From an uncultured Holophaga sp. (lineage in GTDB: Bacteria > Acidobacteriota > Holophagae > Holophagales > Holophagaceae): 64,000 nucleotides of DNA. Of this stretch, positions 1-9,775 are shown piece by piece (the stretch's first letter is position 1; every line of letters begins with the position of its first letter). The notes under the pieces are model-generated. The model was not told where the DNA came from. It made no database searches and was given only the letters and a program-made list of their open reading frames with translations. The position numbers were made by a program, and so were the translations under genes. The stretch covers positions 896,001-960,000 of the forward strand of contig OY761614.1 in NCBI GenBank assembly GCA_963664825.1. Direction: 5' to 3'.

Positions 1-2
1 GG

Positions 3-692
3 GGGGGCCCCGGGGAGACCCAGATCGAGGTGGACCGGCGCATGACGCGCCTGCGCATCAGCCAGCTCAAGAAAGAGCTGCAGCATCTGGAGCAGGTCCG
101 GGAAACCCAGCGCCAGGGCCGGGCCCCAGGCATTCCGCGCATCTCGCTAGTGGGCTACACCAACGCCGGCAAGACCAGCCTCTTGAAGGCCCTCACCGGC
201 GAAGGCGAGCCCCAGGACATGCTCTTCGCCACCCTGGACACCACCACCCGCAAGGCCTACCTGGGCTGGGACGAAGGCGCCACCGAACCCCGCCACGTGC
301 TGCTGAGCGATACGGTGGGCTTCATCCGCAAGCTCCCCCACCAGTTGGTGGCGGCCTTCCGCTCCACCCTGGGCGAGGTCCGCACGGCGGACGCCCTATT
401 AGTGGTGGCCGACGCCGCCAGCCCCGAACTGGACGAGCAGCTCAAGGTGGTGGGCGCCACCCTGCGGGATATCGGATGCGGGGACCAGCCGCGCCTCCTC
501 ATCCTCAACCAGGTGGACCGCCTGCCCCGCCCCCGGCGCCTGGATCTCAAGCGCCAGCACCCCGGCGCCGCCCTCACCTGCGCCCTCACCCGGGATGGCC
601 TGGAGGATGTGCGAAGCTGGCTCATGGACCTCATCCCGGGAGCCCCCAAGCCCCGGGAACGGGAGGCCTGGGAAGATCCGGATCCCGCCTAA
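3..692 (+). CDS. hflX: GTPase HflX, 5' end outside the window
   Basis: Frame is open from the window edge: GPGETQIEVDRR, then G1 GYTNAGKT, G2 LFATLD, G3 DTVGF and IRKLPHQLVAAFRSTL. Confidence 0.95.
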   Translation, partial: GGPGETQIEVDRRMTRLRISQLKKELQHLEQVRETQRQGRAPGIPRISLVGYTNAGKTSLLKALTGEGEPQDMLFATLDTTTRKAYLGWDEGATEPRHVLLSDTVGFIRKLPHQLVAAFRSTLGEVRTADALLVVADAASPELDEQLKVVGATLRDIGCGDQPRLLILNQVDRLPRPRRLDLKRQHPGAALTCALTRDGLEDVRSWLMDLIPGAPKPREREAWEDPDPA

Positions 693-759
693 ACAAGCCA
701 AAACCAGAGTCCGGCCTTCTGCAATTGGGACCCTCCCCATGGCATCTGGCCCCCTCGGG

Positions 760-805
760 TTGCCAGCGGAACCCTTTGGGGACAAGATTGTTGCTTATGC
801 AACTA
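760..805 (+). promoter_or_regulatory. Sigma70-type promoter of the marR-RND operon with an overlapping inverted-repeat operator
   Basis: TTGCCA (760-765), 17-bp spacer, CAAGAT (783-788). Palindrome GTTGC-TTAT-GCAAC (790-803) spans the ATG at 797. Confidence 0.6.
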
Positions 806-1267
806 CTCGTCCCCTGGGAAGAGGCTGGCCTTCCCCTGATGCTCACCGTGGTCCGCAGCCGCCTGCGGCAGGTCTCCTGGCACCTCCTGGCGCCCTATGG
901 GATCACACCCCAGCAGTACCAGGTGCTCCGCGCCCTGGCGAACAAACCTGGCCTCTGCCACCGGGAACTGGCCGGGGCCTTGGGCCTCGATAAGCCCACC
1001 ACCACCCGCATCCTGCAGGCGCTCCAGCGCAAGAACTGGGTGGAGGTGCTCCCGCACCCCGAGCATGGCCGCAAGCTCCGCCTGGAACTGACCTCCGAGG
1101 GACATGCTCTGGTGGGGCGCCTACAGGCCTTCCGGGAAACCATCCGGGGAGGCCTTGAGCAGGGCCTGGACGGCCAGGAGAAGAAGGCCCTGCGGGCCCT
1201 CCTCCTCAAACTCAAGCACAACCTGGACCGGATGGACGCAACCTTGGCCGCGCCGTCCCAACCCTGA
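797..1267 (+). CDS. MarR-family transcriptional regulator
   Basis: GITPQQYQVLRAL..ELAGALGLDKPTTTRIL..GRKLRLELTSEG winged-helix pattern. Start set at ATG 797 rather than the ORF-track start at 476. Confidence 0.9.
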   Translation: MQLLVPWEEAGLPLMLTVVRSRLRQVSWHLLAPYGITPQQYQVLRALANKPGLCHRELAGALGLDKPTTTRILQALQRKNWVEVLPHPEHGRKLRLELTSEGHALVGRLQAFRETIRGGLEQGLDGQEKKALRALLLKLKHNLDRMDATLAAPSQP

Positions 1268-1276
1268 GGAAGCCCC

Positions 1277-4200
1277 ATGTGGATCGTCCGGCTGGCCCTG
1301 CGCCGCCCCTACACTGTCGCCGTGATGTGCCTCCTGGTGCTGCTCATGGGTGTCCTCTCCATGCTGCGGATGCCGGTGGATATCTTCCCCAGCATCGATA
1401 TCCCCGTGGTGGCCGTCGTGTGGAGCTACGGGGGCCTGAGTCCCGAGGAGATGGAGCGCCGGGTGGTGGGCGTCAGCGAAAGGACCATGTCCACCACCGT
1501 CAATGGCATCGAGCGCATCGATTCCCAGAGCATCCAGGGCGTGGGCATCCTGCGCGTCTACTTCCAGGCCGGCACGGATATCGGCGCGGCCATCGCCCAG
1601 ATATCCTCCTCCTGCAGCACCGTCCTGCGCGTCCTGCCCCCGGGCATGACGCCCCCCAATATCATCCAATTCAACGCCAGCAACGTACCCGTGGTGCAGC
1701 TCACGGCCAAGAGCGAGTCGCTCTCCGAGCAGCAGATCTACGACCACGCCACCAACGTCATCCGCCTGCGCCTCTTCACGATCCCCGGTCTCTCCACGCC
1801 TGCCCCCTTCGGCGGCCGGAGCCGCCAGATTTCCGTGGACCTGGATCCCGCCAAGCTGGCGGCCAGGGGCCTCAGTCCTGCGGATGTGCTCACGGCGCTC
1901 TCCTCCGAGAACGTCATCACGCCGGCGGGGCTCGCCCGCTTCGGGACCCAGGAGATGCCCATCCTCACGAACTCCAACCCCTCCAAGGTGGAGGAACTGC
2001 GGAGCCTCCCGCTGAAGCTGGTGAACGGTTCGGCCATCTATCTGCGGGACGTGGCCCAGGTCTATGACGGTCACGCCGACCAGTCGAACATCGTGAGGGT
2101 CAACGGCCACCGGGCCACCTACCTGGCCATCCTGAAGAAGTCCGATGCCAGCACGCTGGCGGTGGTGGACGCAGCCAAGGAGATGCTGCCCCTCATCAAG
2201 GCCGCGGCCCCCAAGGGGCTGGAGCTGAACTTCGACTTCGATCAGAGCCGCTTCGTGCGGGGTGCCATCTCGGATGTGGTGAAGGAAGGCGTCATCGCCT
2301 CCCTGCTCGTCTCCCTGATGGTCCTCTTCTTCCTGGGTTCCTGGCGCAGCATGCTCCTGGTCTGCACGAGCATCCCCTTGGCCATCTTCGTGGGCATCAT
2401 CGGCCTGAAGCTCTCGGGCCAGACCCTCAATATCATGACGCTGGGCGGCCTCAGCCTCGCCGTCGGCATGCTGGTGGATGACGCCACGGTGGAGGTGGAG
2501 AATATCCACCGCAACTACGCCCTGGGCAAGCCGCTCACGGTGGCCATCCTGGATGGCGCCAGCCAGATCGCCGTGCCCGCCATCGTGGCCACCCTGGCCA
2601 TCTGCATCGTGTTCTTCCCGGTGCTGCTGCTGGTGGGACCGGCGAAATTCCTCTTTACGCCCCTGGCCATGGCCGTGGTCTTCTCCATGCTGGCCTCGTA
2701 CCTCCTCTCCCGCACGCTGGTGCCGACACTGGCCCGCATGCTCCTGGGGAAGGACATTCACACACCGAAGGGCCAGGCTGCGAATGCGGGCTTGACCCAC
2801 GTTCGCAGCGGGGGTCCCAGGGAGGACGTAGAGGCCGGGCTGGTTCCCAATATCCCATTGGACGACTTCCCGGACGCGGCCGGGCGGTCCCCCCTGGACA
2901 GAATGGCCCGCTTCAATGCCTGGAGGGAACGGGGCTTCAGCCGCTTCCAGGCCGCCTACATGCGCGTCCTGGATCGCGTACTGCACCATCGGAATTTCGT
3001 GCTGGCGGCCGGTGCGGCCTTCGCCTTCATCAGCCTGGGACTCCTTTTCTTCCTGGGCCAGGATTTCTTCCCCGCGGTGGATTCGGGGCTGATGAAACTC
3101 CATGTGCGCGCCCCTGCGGGCCTGCGCCTGGAGGAGACCGAGCGCGTGGTGACCGAGGTGGAACGCACCATCCGGGAATGCGTGCCCGCCCGAGAGCTGA
3201 CCACCGTCAATAGCAACATCGGGATGCCCAGTTCCTTCAACCTAGCCTTCATCCCCTCGGATAACGTGACGAGCCAGGATGCCGATATCTTCATCTCCCT
3301 CCAGAAGGAGCACCATCCCACCCGGCGCTACATGAATCTCCTCCGGGAGGAACTGCCCCGGCGCTTCCCGGGGGTGAGCTTCTACTTCCAGTCCGCAGAC
3401 ATCATGAGCCAGGTGCTCAACTTCGGAGTCCCGGCGCCCATCGATGTGCAGATCGAGGGGCCGAACCTGGCCGCCAGCGCCGAGGTGGCGCGCCGCCTGG
3501 AAACTGCCCTGCGGCAGGTGCCCGGCGCCGTGGATGTGCGGCTGAAGCAGGTGGTGAATGCCCCGGCCTACCGGGTGGAGGTGGACCGACTCCAGGCCGC
3601 CCGCCTGGGCCTCACCCAGCAGGCGGTGGCCAATGGCCTGCTGGTAGGCCTCTCGGGCAATGGCCAATTGGCGCCCTCCTTCTACCTGGATCCCGTGACA
3701 GGGGTGAACTACACCGTGGCCGTGAAGGCGCCCCTCTCCCAGATGACCTCGCCCCAGGCCCTGATGGCCACGCCCTTCAGCCTGCCGGGAGGGGCGACCT
3801 TCCTCCAGAGCGGCACCCCGACGACGGGCCCGGCCTCCCAGCCCCCGTCCGAGCCCCTCTCCAATTTCGCCAGCCTGCAGCGGATGAGCGTTCCCAACGA
3901 GGTCAATCACGCCACGGTGCAGCGGGTGATGGACGTGATGGCCAGCGTGGAGGGCCGGGATCTGGGGGCGGTGGCCGGGGATATCCAAAGGCAGATCCAA
4001 TCCCTGGGACAGCTGCCCCCCGCCACGCGCATCCACATCCGAGGACAATTCGAAGTCATGACGGAGGCCTTCCGGAACCTGGGGGGAGGCCTGATCATCG
4101 CCATCGTCCTGGTGTATCTGCTCATGGCGGTGCTCTATCAGAGCTGGCTGGATCCCTTCATCATCCTGTTTTCCGTGCCCGGCGCCCTGGTGGGCATCCT

Positions 4201-4624
4201 GTGGATGCTGGCCCTCACGGGCACGACCCTCAATGTGGAATCCCTGATGGGCGCCATCATGGCGGTGGGCATCGCCACCTCCAACTCGATCCTGCTGGTG
4301 AGCTGCGCCAACGACGCGCGGGTGGCCAACCCCGATCTATCGGCTCTCGAGGCCGCCCGCCTCGCGGGCCAGACCCGCCTGCGCCCCGTGCTGATGACAG
4401 CCCTGGCCATGATCCTCGGCATGGTGCCCATGGCCCTGGCCCTGGGCGAGGCGGGCAGCCAGAACGCGCCCCTGGGCCGCGCCGTGATCGGGGGTCTGCT
4501 CATGGCCACGGTGGTCACGCTCTTCATCGTGCCCGTGGTCTACAGCCTCTTCCGCAGGAAGCCGCCCACGGCACACCTGCTGGACCAACGCTTCGACACC
4601 GAACAGCAAGGAAGTGAAGCATGA
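1277..4624 (+). CDS. RND efflux transporter permease (AcrB/AcrD/AcrF family)
   Basis: 1115 aa with 2x6 TM layout; GMLVDDATVEVEN (TM4), RLRPVLMT and APLGRAVIGG motifs. Confidence 0.95.
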   Translation: MWIVRLALRRPYTVAVMCLLVLLMGVLSMLRMPVDIFPSIDIPVVAVVWSYGGLSPEEMERRVVGVSERTMSTTVNGIERIDSQSIQGVGILRVYFQAGTDIGAAIAQISSSCSTVLRVLPPGMTPPNIIQFNASNVPVVQLTAKSESLSEQQIYDHATNVIRLRLFTIPGLSTPAPFGGRSRQISVDLDPAKLAARGLSPADVLTALSSENVITPAGLARFGTQEMPILTNSNPSKVEELRSLPLKLVNGSAIYLRDVAQVYDGHADQSNIVRVNGHRATYLAILKKSDASTLAVVDAAKEMLPLIKAAAPKGLELNFDFDQSRFVRGAISDVVKEGVIASLLVSLMVLFFLGSWRSMLLVCTSIPLAIFVGIIGLKLSGQTLNIMTLGGLSLAVGMLVDDATVEVENIHRNYALGKPLTVAILDGASQIAVPAIVATLAICIVFFPVLLLVGPAKFLFTPLAMAVVFSMLASYLLSRTLVPTLARMLLGKDIHTPKGQAANAGLTHVRSGGPREDVEAGLVPNIPLDDFPDAAGRSPLDRMARFNAWRERGFSRFQAAYMRVLDRVLHHRNFVLAAGAAFAFISLGLLFFLGQDFFPAVDSGLMKLHVRAPAGLRLEETERVVTEVERTIRECVPARELTTVNSNIGMPSSFNLAFIPSDNVTSQDADIFISLQKEHHPTRRYMNLLREELPRRFPGVSFYFQSADIMSQVLNFGVPAPIDVQIEGPNLAASAEVARRLETALRQVPGAVDVRLKQVVNAPAYRVEVDRLQAARLGLTQQAVANGLLVGLSGNGQLAPSFYLDPVTGVNYTVAVKAPLSQMTSPQALMATPFSLPGGATFLQSGTPTTGPASQPPSEPLSNFASLQRMSVPNEVNHATVQRVMDVMASVEGRDLGAVAGDIQRQIQSLGQLPPATRIHIRGQFEVMTEAFRNLGGGLIIAIVLVYLLMAVLYQSWLDPFIILFSVPGALVGILWMLALTGTTLNVESLMGAIMAVGIATSNSILLVSCANDARVANPDLSALEAARLAGQTRLRPVLMTALAMILGMVPMALALGEAGSQNAPLGRAVIGGLLMATVVTLFIVPVVYSLFRRKPPTAHLLDQRFDTEQQGSEA

Positions 4625-5733
4625 GCATGGATCCGAGTTTCTCCCGCCTCCGCCTGGGAGGCATCGCCCTCCTGATCGTGGCCGCATCCTCCGTCACCCT
4701 CCTGTGGGCCGTGCAGCGCTCCGGTGTGCGCCATGAGGGCCAGCTTCTGCACGCGCAAGCCGAGGCAGGCCCCCGCGTGCGTGTGGCCCTGGCGGGCTCG
4801 AGCGGGGATGCCCGGCTGCTGGAGCTCTCCGGTGAGGCCATGCCCTACGTCTCCACCACCCTCTACGCCAAGGTGAGCGGCTTCCTGCGGGAGATCCGCG
4901 TGGACAAGGGCAGCCCCGTGCGCCAGGGCCAGGTGCTGGCCGTGATCGAATCCACGGAGGTGGACCGGGATGCCCAGGCCCTCAGGGCGGACGCGCAGAA
5001 CAAGCGCCGCCAGGCCGAGCGCGTGCGCCAACTGGGCCGCCAGGGCATCATCAGCGCCCAGGATTTGGGAGACGCCGAAGCCGCCGCCCGCATCGCCGAG
5101 GAAAAACTGGCCTCCCAGGGCGTCCTTCAGAGCTACCGAAACGTGGTGGCCCCCTTCCCCGGCGTCATCACCCAGCGTTTCGCCGACCCCGGCGCCCTCA
5201 TCCAGAACGCCAGCAACAGCACCAGCGCCCAGCCCATCCTCGCCCTGGCCCAGGTGGGCCGCCTGCGGGTAAGCTTCTATCTGGATCAGCAGGTGGCGCC
5301 TCTGGTCAAGGTGGGCCAGGAGATCCTGGTGCGTCCCGCAGACCGCCCGGATCTCGCGCGCACCGTGAAGGTGGCGCGCTTCGCCGGGGCCCTGGATCCC
5401 AAGACCCGCACCCTCCTGGCGGAGGCCGATCTCGATAACCGGGATGGGGCCTTCCTGGCCGGAGGCTCCGTGCAGATCTCCCTGAAGCTGGCTCCAGAAC
5501 CCGGCAGGCTGGAGATCCCCTCCGAGGGAGTCCTCCTGAAGGGCGACAAGACCTTCGCCGTGGTGGTGGGCCCGGACCAGAGGCTGAGCCTCCGCCCCAT
5601 CCTGCTGGGGGAGGATAGCGGCACCCGCGTCCGGGTACTGGGTGGACTGAAGGCCGGGGACCGGGTGCTCCTCAACCCGCCGGTCACCTCCAAGGAGGGC
5701 GACAAGGTGCAGCCGGTGGATGTGAAGGGGTGA
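4621..5733 (+). CDS. RND periplasmic adaptor (membrane fusion protein)
   Basis: N-terminal TM, lipoyl half-motifs (VDKGSPVRQGQVL, VAPFPGVIT), LDPKTRTL; ATGA overlap with the permease. Confidence 0.93.
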   Translation: MSMDPSFSRLRLGGIALLIVAASSVTLLWAVQRSGVRHEGQLLHAQAEAGPRVRVALAGSSGDARLLELSGEAMPYVSTTLYAKVSGFLREIRVDKGSPVRQGQVLAVIESTEVDRDAQALRADAQNKRRQAERVRQLGRQGIISAQDLGDAEAAARIAEEKLASQGVLQSYRNVVAPFPGVITQRFADPGALIQNASNSTSAQPILALAQVGRLRVSFYLDQQVAPLVKVGQEILVRPADRPDLARTVKVARFAGALDPKTRTLLAEADLDNRDGAFLAGGSVQISLKLAPEPGRLEIPSEGVLLKGDKTFAVVVGPDQRLSLRPILLGEDSGTRVRVLGGLKAGDRVLLNPPVTSKEGDKVQPVDVKG

Positions 5734-5759
5734 GTGTCTAGCCTCTCCCAACCCGGGGC

Positions 5760-6233
5760 CTATGCCTCTTTGGACTTCGGCAAAAATCCGACGCCCGCGG
5801 CGAGTCCCAGGGCCAGCAGCATCCTCAGGACCAGCATCTGCCTGGAGACGCCCTGGGCCCGGCCGAAAGCCGCGCGATCGGAAGGATCCTGGGAAAGGGA
5901 TGGGGTGGCAGCAACCATCCGGCCGTTGTAGAACGCCATCCTAGGTGTCACGAGAAAGGCGCTGGCGAAACACATGAGCAGGGCGGCCAGCACGGCGGCG
6001 CTCCAGAGCCGCAGGGGACCGATGCCATCCTTTTCCTGGAAGTCCCCCAGCCAGCGGGCACCCCAACTCAAGGCCAGGGCCAGCGCGAAGGCCGCCCAGG
6101 CGACGCCATCCAGGCGACCCAGGGCCTGGAGGGTCGGGGGGCCCAGAAAGAGGAAGCCCAGGGCCATGCCCACCCAGAGCAGGAGCAGGGCCTGGGAGAG
6201 CGCGTCCATACGGCGCAGGGTCGCTTCCGGCAT
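5760..6233 (-). CDS. Small four-TM membrane protein (DUF4149-like)
   Basis: Four hydrophobic segments, LLWVG near the N-terminus; 4 nt downstream of the pseudopilin gene. Confidence 0.6.
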   Translation of the reverse strand: MPEATLRRMDALSQALLLLWVGMALGFLFLGPPTLQALGRLDGVAWAAFALALALSWGARWLGDFQEKDGIGPLRLWSAAVLAALLMCFASAFLVTPRMAFYNGRMVAATPSLSQDPSDRAAFGRAQGVSRQMLVLRMLLALGLAAGVGFLPKSKEA

Positions 6234-6237
6234 GGCT

Positions 6238-6642
6238 TCAGAAGCTCCACTCGTTGTACGGCATGCCGTTATCCCCGATATCCGTGGAGCCGCTGCGGAT
6301 GCGGAAGATCCCCACCTCGGCCTCGGGGTTCTCCGGATCCGGAGCCTCCATATCGTAGGTCCAGGTGTCCTTGGAACCGGTCATGGGATCCACGGGGATC
6401 CCACGCAGATAGCCCAGTTCCCGCAGGCGGTCGATGCTGGCCGGATACTTCCCCCGGTCGGCCCGGTACTGCTCCAGGCCATGGTTGAGCTGGAAGAGAT
6501 CCTCCTTGAGCACGGCCTCCTTCGCCCCCCGGATCTGGTGGCGGTAGCCCACGATGCCCACGGAGGTCAGCAGGGCCAGGATCGTCATGGCCGTGATGAG
6601 TTCAAGGAGCGTAAAACCACGCGCGCGTTTCCGGGAATCCAT
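6238..6642 (-). CDS. Prepilin-type / type II secretion protein G-like pseudopilin
   Basis: Class III signal RG|FTLLELI, YRADRGKYP and GYLRGIPVDPMTG motifs. Confidence 0.88.
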   Translation of the reverse strand: MDSRKRARGFTLLELITAMTILALLTSVGIVGYRHQIRGAKEAVLKEDLFQLNHGLEQYRADRGKYPASIDRLRELGYLRGIPVDPMTGSKDTWTYDMEAPDPENPEAEVGIFRIRSGSTDIGDNGMPYNEWSF

Positions 6643-6662
6643 GGGCTCACCTTACCATAATC

Positions 6663-6694
6663 AAAAAGAGGCCGAACCTATGGGGCCCGGCCTC
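6663..6694 (-). terminator. Intrinsic terminator after infB
   Basis: Minus strand GAGGCCGGGCC-loop-GGTTCGGCCTC followed by TTTTT. Confidence 0.75.
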
Positions 6695-6711
6695 CTTCAC
6701 GTGCGTCAAAG

Positions 6712-9700
6712 CTACGAAAGGCTCGTGGCCGTGATTTTCTCGTGGGTGTAGAACTCCAGGATATCGCCTTCCTTCAGGGCGTCGAACCCATCGAGGCTGA
6801 TGCCGCAATCGAGGCCGTTCTTCACCTCGTGGACATCCTCCTTGAAGCGCTTGAGGCTCTTCAGGCCGCCATCCCAGAGGATCTCTTCGCCCCGCTTCAC
6901 GCGGACCTTGTAGCCCTTCTGGACCTTGCCTTCAGTGACGAAGGAACCCGCGATCATGTTCTTGTCGATCTTGAAGAGCTGGCGAACCTCCGCCAGACCC
7001 TGGATGGTCTCCTTGTCCGTGGCGTCCAGGAGGCCGACCATGGCCGCCGTGATCTCCTCGGTCACCTTGTAGATGATCTCGTGATACCGGATCTCCACGC
7101 CCTCTTCCTGGGCCAGGTCCGCCGTCTTGCGCTCGGCCTTGACGCCGAAGGCGATGATGGTGGCCTTGGAGGCCTCGGCCAGCAGCACATCATTCTCGGT
7201 GACGGTGCCGGCGGCGGCATGGATGATCCGCACCCGCACCTTCTCAGTGCCCAGCTTATCCAGGCTGCCCACCAGGGATTCCACGGAACCGGAGGTATCG
7301 GCCTTGATGATGAGGGGAAGCTCCTTGATCTGGCCTTCCTTGAGGGTGCTGAAGAGGTTCTCCAGGGTGACCCGCTGCCGGGCCTGGGCGGAGGCCTTGG
7401 CCTTCTCTTGACGGAAGGCCACGATGGAACGGCCCTTGGCCTCGTCCTCCACCACCTGGAAGTTGTCGCCCGACATGGGGACTTCCTCGAAACCCAGGAT
7501 CTGCACGGCATTGGAGGGGCCCACCTCGGTGACGCGGTTCCCCTGGTCATCGAACATGGCGCGGACACGGCCCATGGTGGCGCCTGCCACGAAGATATCC
7601 CCGGCCTTCAGGGTGCCCTGCTGCACCAGCACGGTCGCCACGGGACCGCGACCGCGGTCCAGTTTGGCTTCCAGGATGCTGCCTGCGGCGCGGCAATCGT
7701 AGACGGCCTTGAGTTCCTTCATGTCGGCCATGAGCAGGAGTGTCTCGAGCAGTTCCGGGATGCCCTCCTTGGTCTTGGCGGAGACCCCCACGCTGGGCAC
7801 ATCCCCACCATAGGTCTCGGTCTGGATATTGTGCTGCAGGAGCATCTGCTGGACATGATCGGCGTTGGCGCCGGGCTTATCGATCTTGTTGATGGCCACG
7901 ATCATGGGCACATCGGCAGCCTTGGTGTGGTTGATGGCCTCGATGGTCTGAGGCATCACGCCATCATCGGCGGCCACCACCAGGACCACGATATCGGTGA
8001 CCTTGGCGCCGCGAGCCCGCATCTTGGTGAAGGCTTCGTGACCGGGCGTATCGATGAAGACCACCTGACGCATCAGACCCGTATTGGGATCCTTCACGTC
8101 CACATGGTAGGCGCCGATGGCCTGGGTGATTCCACCGGCCTCACCGGCGGCCACCTTGGTCTTGCGGATGGCGTCCAGCAGCGAGGTCTTGCCGTGATCC
8201 ACGTGGCCCATGATGGTGATCACGGGGGAGCGGGGCAGCTTCTCGCCGAGGCTCTCGTTGCCCTCTTCCTGAGCCAGCTGGACATCCTCTTCGAAGGAGA
8301 CGATATCGGCCAGGTAGCCGAATTCCCGGGCCACTTCCTTGGCCAGCTCGGTATCCAGGGGCTGGTTGATGGTGACGAAGATGCCGCGATGGAGCAGCTT
8401 GGCCATCACGTCCTTGGCGGCGCGGTTGCACTTCTCGGCCAGTTCCTTCACCGTCACGCCCTCGGAGAGCATGGCGATGCCGATCTCCTCTTCGATGTAT
8501 TCGGTGGCGATCTGCTGGGCGCGGGAGCGGGGCTGGCGCAGCTTGAGATCCATCTCCTGCTGAACCTTGGTGTAGCCCTTCTTCTTCTTGCCGTGGGCGG
8601 AGGCGCCGCGACCGGGGCCCTTCTGGGCGTTGGGGTCGATGGGGCCGGTATTGGGGATCGAGGGCCCGCGACCGGGGCCACCGGGACGGCCGCCGGGGCC
8701 GCTGGGACGATAGGGTCCGCTGGGCCGAGCACCGGGTCCGCTGGGGCGACTGCCGGGTCCGCTGGGGCGGCTGCCGGGACCACTGGGGCGACTGCCAGGC
8801 CCGCTGGGGCGACTGGAGGGGCCACCCACGGGCCGGGGCGGAGGAAGCTGGATGTACCGGGCCGGTTGCTGAGACCTGGGGGCCGGAGCCGGGGTATCCG
8901 ACATGGTGATCTTGGTGAAGCCGCCCTCGGGCTGGAGCTGGCTGATGGAGGGCAGGGCCGAGAAGCGGCGCGCCGCGGGCCCCGGCGTAGATTCATGCTT
9001 CACAGCGCCCTTGCCCGTATTGGTGGCCATGGGCAGGACGGCCCTCTCGGGCTGCGGCATGCCGGAGCGCTGCACCTGATTGGACTGGCCCGGTCGCTGG
9101 ACGACGGCCTTGGCGCCGACCTCGGCCTTCGGTCGGGGAGCGGACTGCTGGGGAAGCTGGATGTAGCGCGCGGGTTCCTGGACCTTGGGGGTGGGAGCCG
9201 GAGTCTGCGATAGGCGCAGATGGGAAAAGGTCTGGGGAACGGGAATGGGTTCCGGGGAGGGTTCTGCCGTCCGGACTTCGGGCACAGGAATCACTTCGGC
9301 CTTTGTGGGAGTGGGGGGCACGGGAGCAACGGCCGCCGAGGAGACCACCGGAACAGGGGTGGACGCCGGTTCCGGTTGCTCGACCCGGATTTCTTCCACA
9401 GGAGCCGGAGAGGGCTCGGGCATGGGAGCCTTCTTGAGGAGGACGGCCGGAGGAGGCGGCGCAGGGACAGCCACCGGCGCCGGGGCGCTGGGGGCAGCCT
9501 TCACGATCCTCACGGCGGCCGTGGCCCCGTGAAGCGCCAGGGGCGTGGATTCCTCCCCACCCTTATTCTTGGACTCGAAGGCCCGCTTGAGCACGGCGAT
9601 CTGGTCGTCCGTGAGATTAGAGCTGTGGCTCTTTCCAGCGAGACCCAGGCGCTTCTCGAGCACCTCGATGACCTCGTGGTTACTCACACCTTGATCTTTG

Positions 9701-9723
9701 GCGAATTGGTTGATGCGCAGCAT
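6712..9723 (-). CDS. infB: Translation initiation factor IF-2
   Basis: GHVDHGKT, GGITQ, DTPGHEAF, NKID and SLKRFKEDV motifs; long Pro/Gly-rich N-terminal region; follows nusA. Confidence 0.98.
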   Translation of the reverse strand: MLRINQFAKDQGVSNHEVIEVLEKRLGLAGKSHSSNLTDDQIAVLKRAFESKNKGGEESTPLALHGATAAVRIVKAAPSAPAPVAVPAPPPPAVLLKKAPMPEPSPAPVEEIRVEQPEPASTPVPVVSSAAVAPVPPTPTKAEVIPVPEVRTAEPSPEPIPVPQTFSHLRLSQTPAPTPKVQEPARYIQLPQQSAPRPKAEVGAKAVVQRPGQSNQVQRSGMPQPERAVLPMATNTGKGAVKHESTPGPAARRFSALPSISQLQPEGGFTKITMSDTPAPAPRSQQPARYIQLPPPRPVGGPSSRPSGPGSRPSGPGSRPSGPGSRPSGPGARPSGPYRPSGPGGRPGGPGRGPSIPNTGPIDPNAQKGPGRGASAHGKKKKGYTKVQQEMDLKLRQPRSRAQQIATEYIEEEIGIAMLSEGVTVKELAEKCNRAAKDVMAKLLHRGIFVTINQPLDTELAKEVAREFGYLADIVSFEEDVQLAQEEGNESLGEKLPRSPVITIMGHVDHGKTSLLDAIRKTKVAAGEAGGITQAIGAYHVDVKDPNTGLMRQVVFIDTPGHEAFTKMRARGAKVTDIVVLVVAADDGVMPQTIEAINHTKAADVPMIVAINKIDKPGANADHVQQMLLQHNIQTETYGGDVPSVGVSAKTKEGIPELLETLLLMADMKELKAVYDCRAAGSILEAKLDRGRGPVATVLVQQGTLKAGDIFVAGATMGRVRAMFDDQGNRVTEVGPSNAVQILGFEEVPMSGDNFQVVEDEAKGRSIVAFRQEKAKASAQARQRVTLENLFSTLKEGQIKELPLIIKADTSGSVESLVGSLDKLGTEKVRVRIIHAAAGTVTENDVLLAEASKATIIAFGVKAERKTADLAQEEGVEIRYHEIIYKVTEEITAAMVGLLDATDKETIQGLAEVRQLFKIDKNMIAGSFVTEGKVQKGYKVRVKRGEEILWDGGLKSLKRFKEDVHEVKNGLDCGISLDGFDALKEGDILEFYTHEKITATSLS
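8675..8817 (-). repeat. Coding ~21-bp tandem repeat encoding RPSGPG(S/A) about five times, plus degenerate units, in IF-2
   Basis: Repeated ccgctggggcgactgccgggt-like units; protein SRPSGPGSRPSGPGSRPSGPGSRPSGPGARPSGP. Confidence 0.85.
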
Positions 9724-9775
9724 GAAAGGGCGTACCTCGATCGTTGTGGGTCATGGAAGAGCTTCAGTTACCAGC

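Noticed and set aside
476..796. N-terminal extensions in the ORF track (marR; also adhE, rimP, serS, UDG)
   Set aside because: They overlap neighbouring genes or promoters, and internal starts fit RBS/promoter position and family length better.
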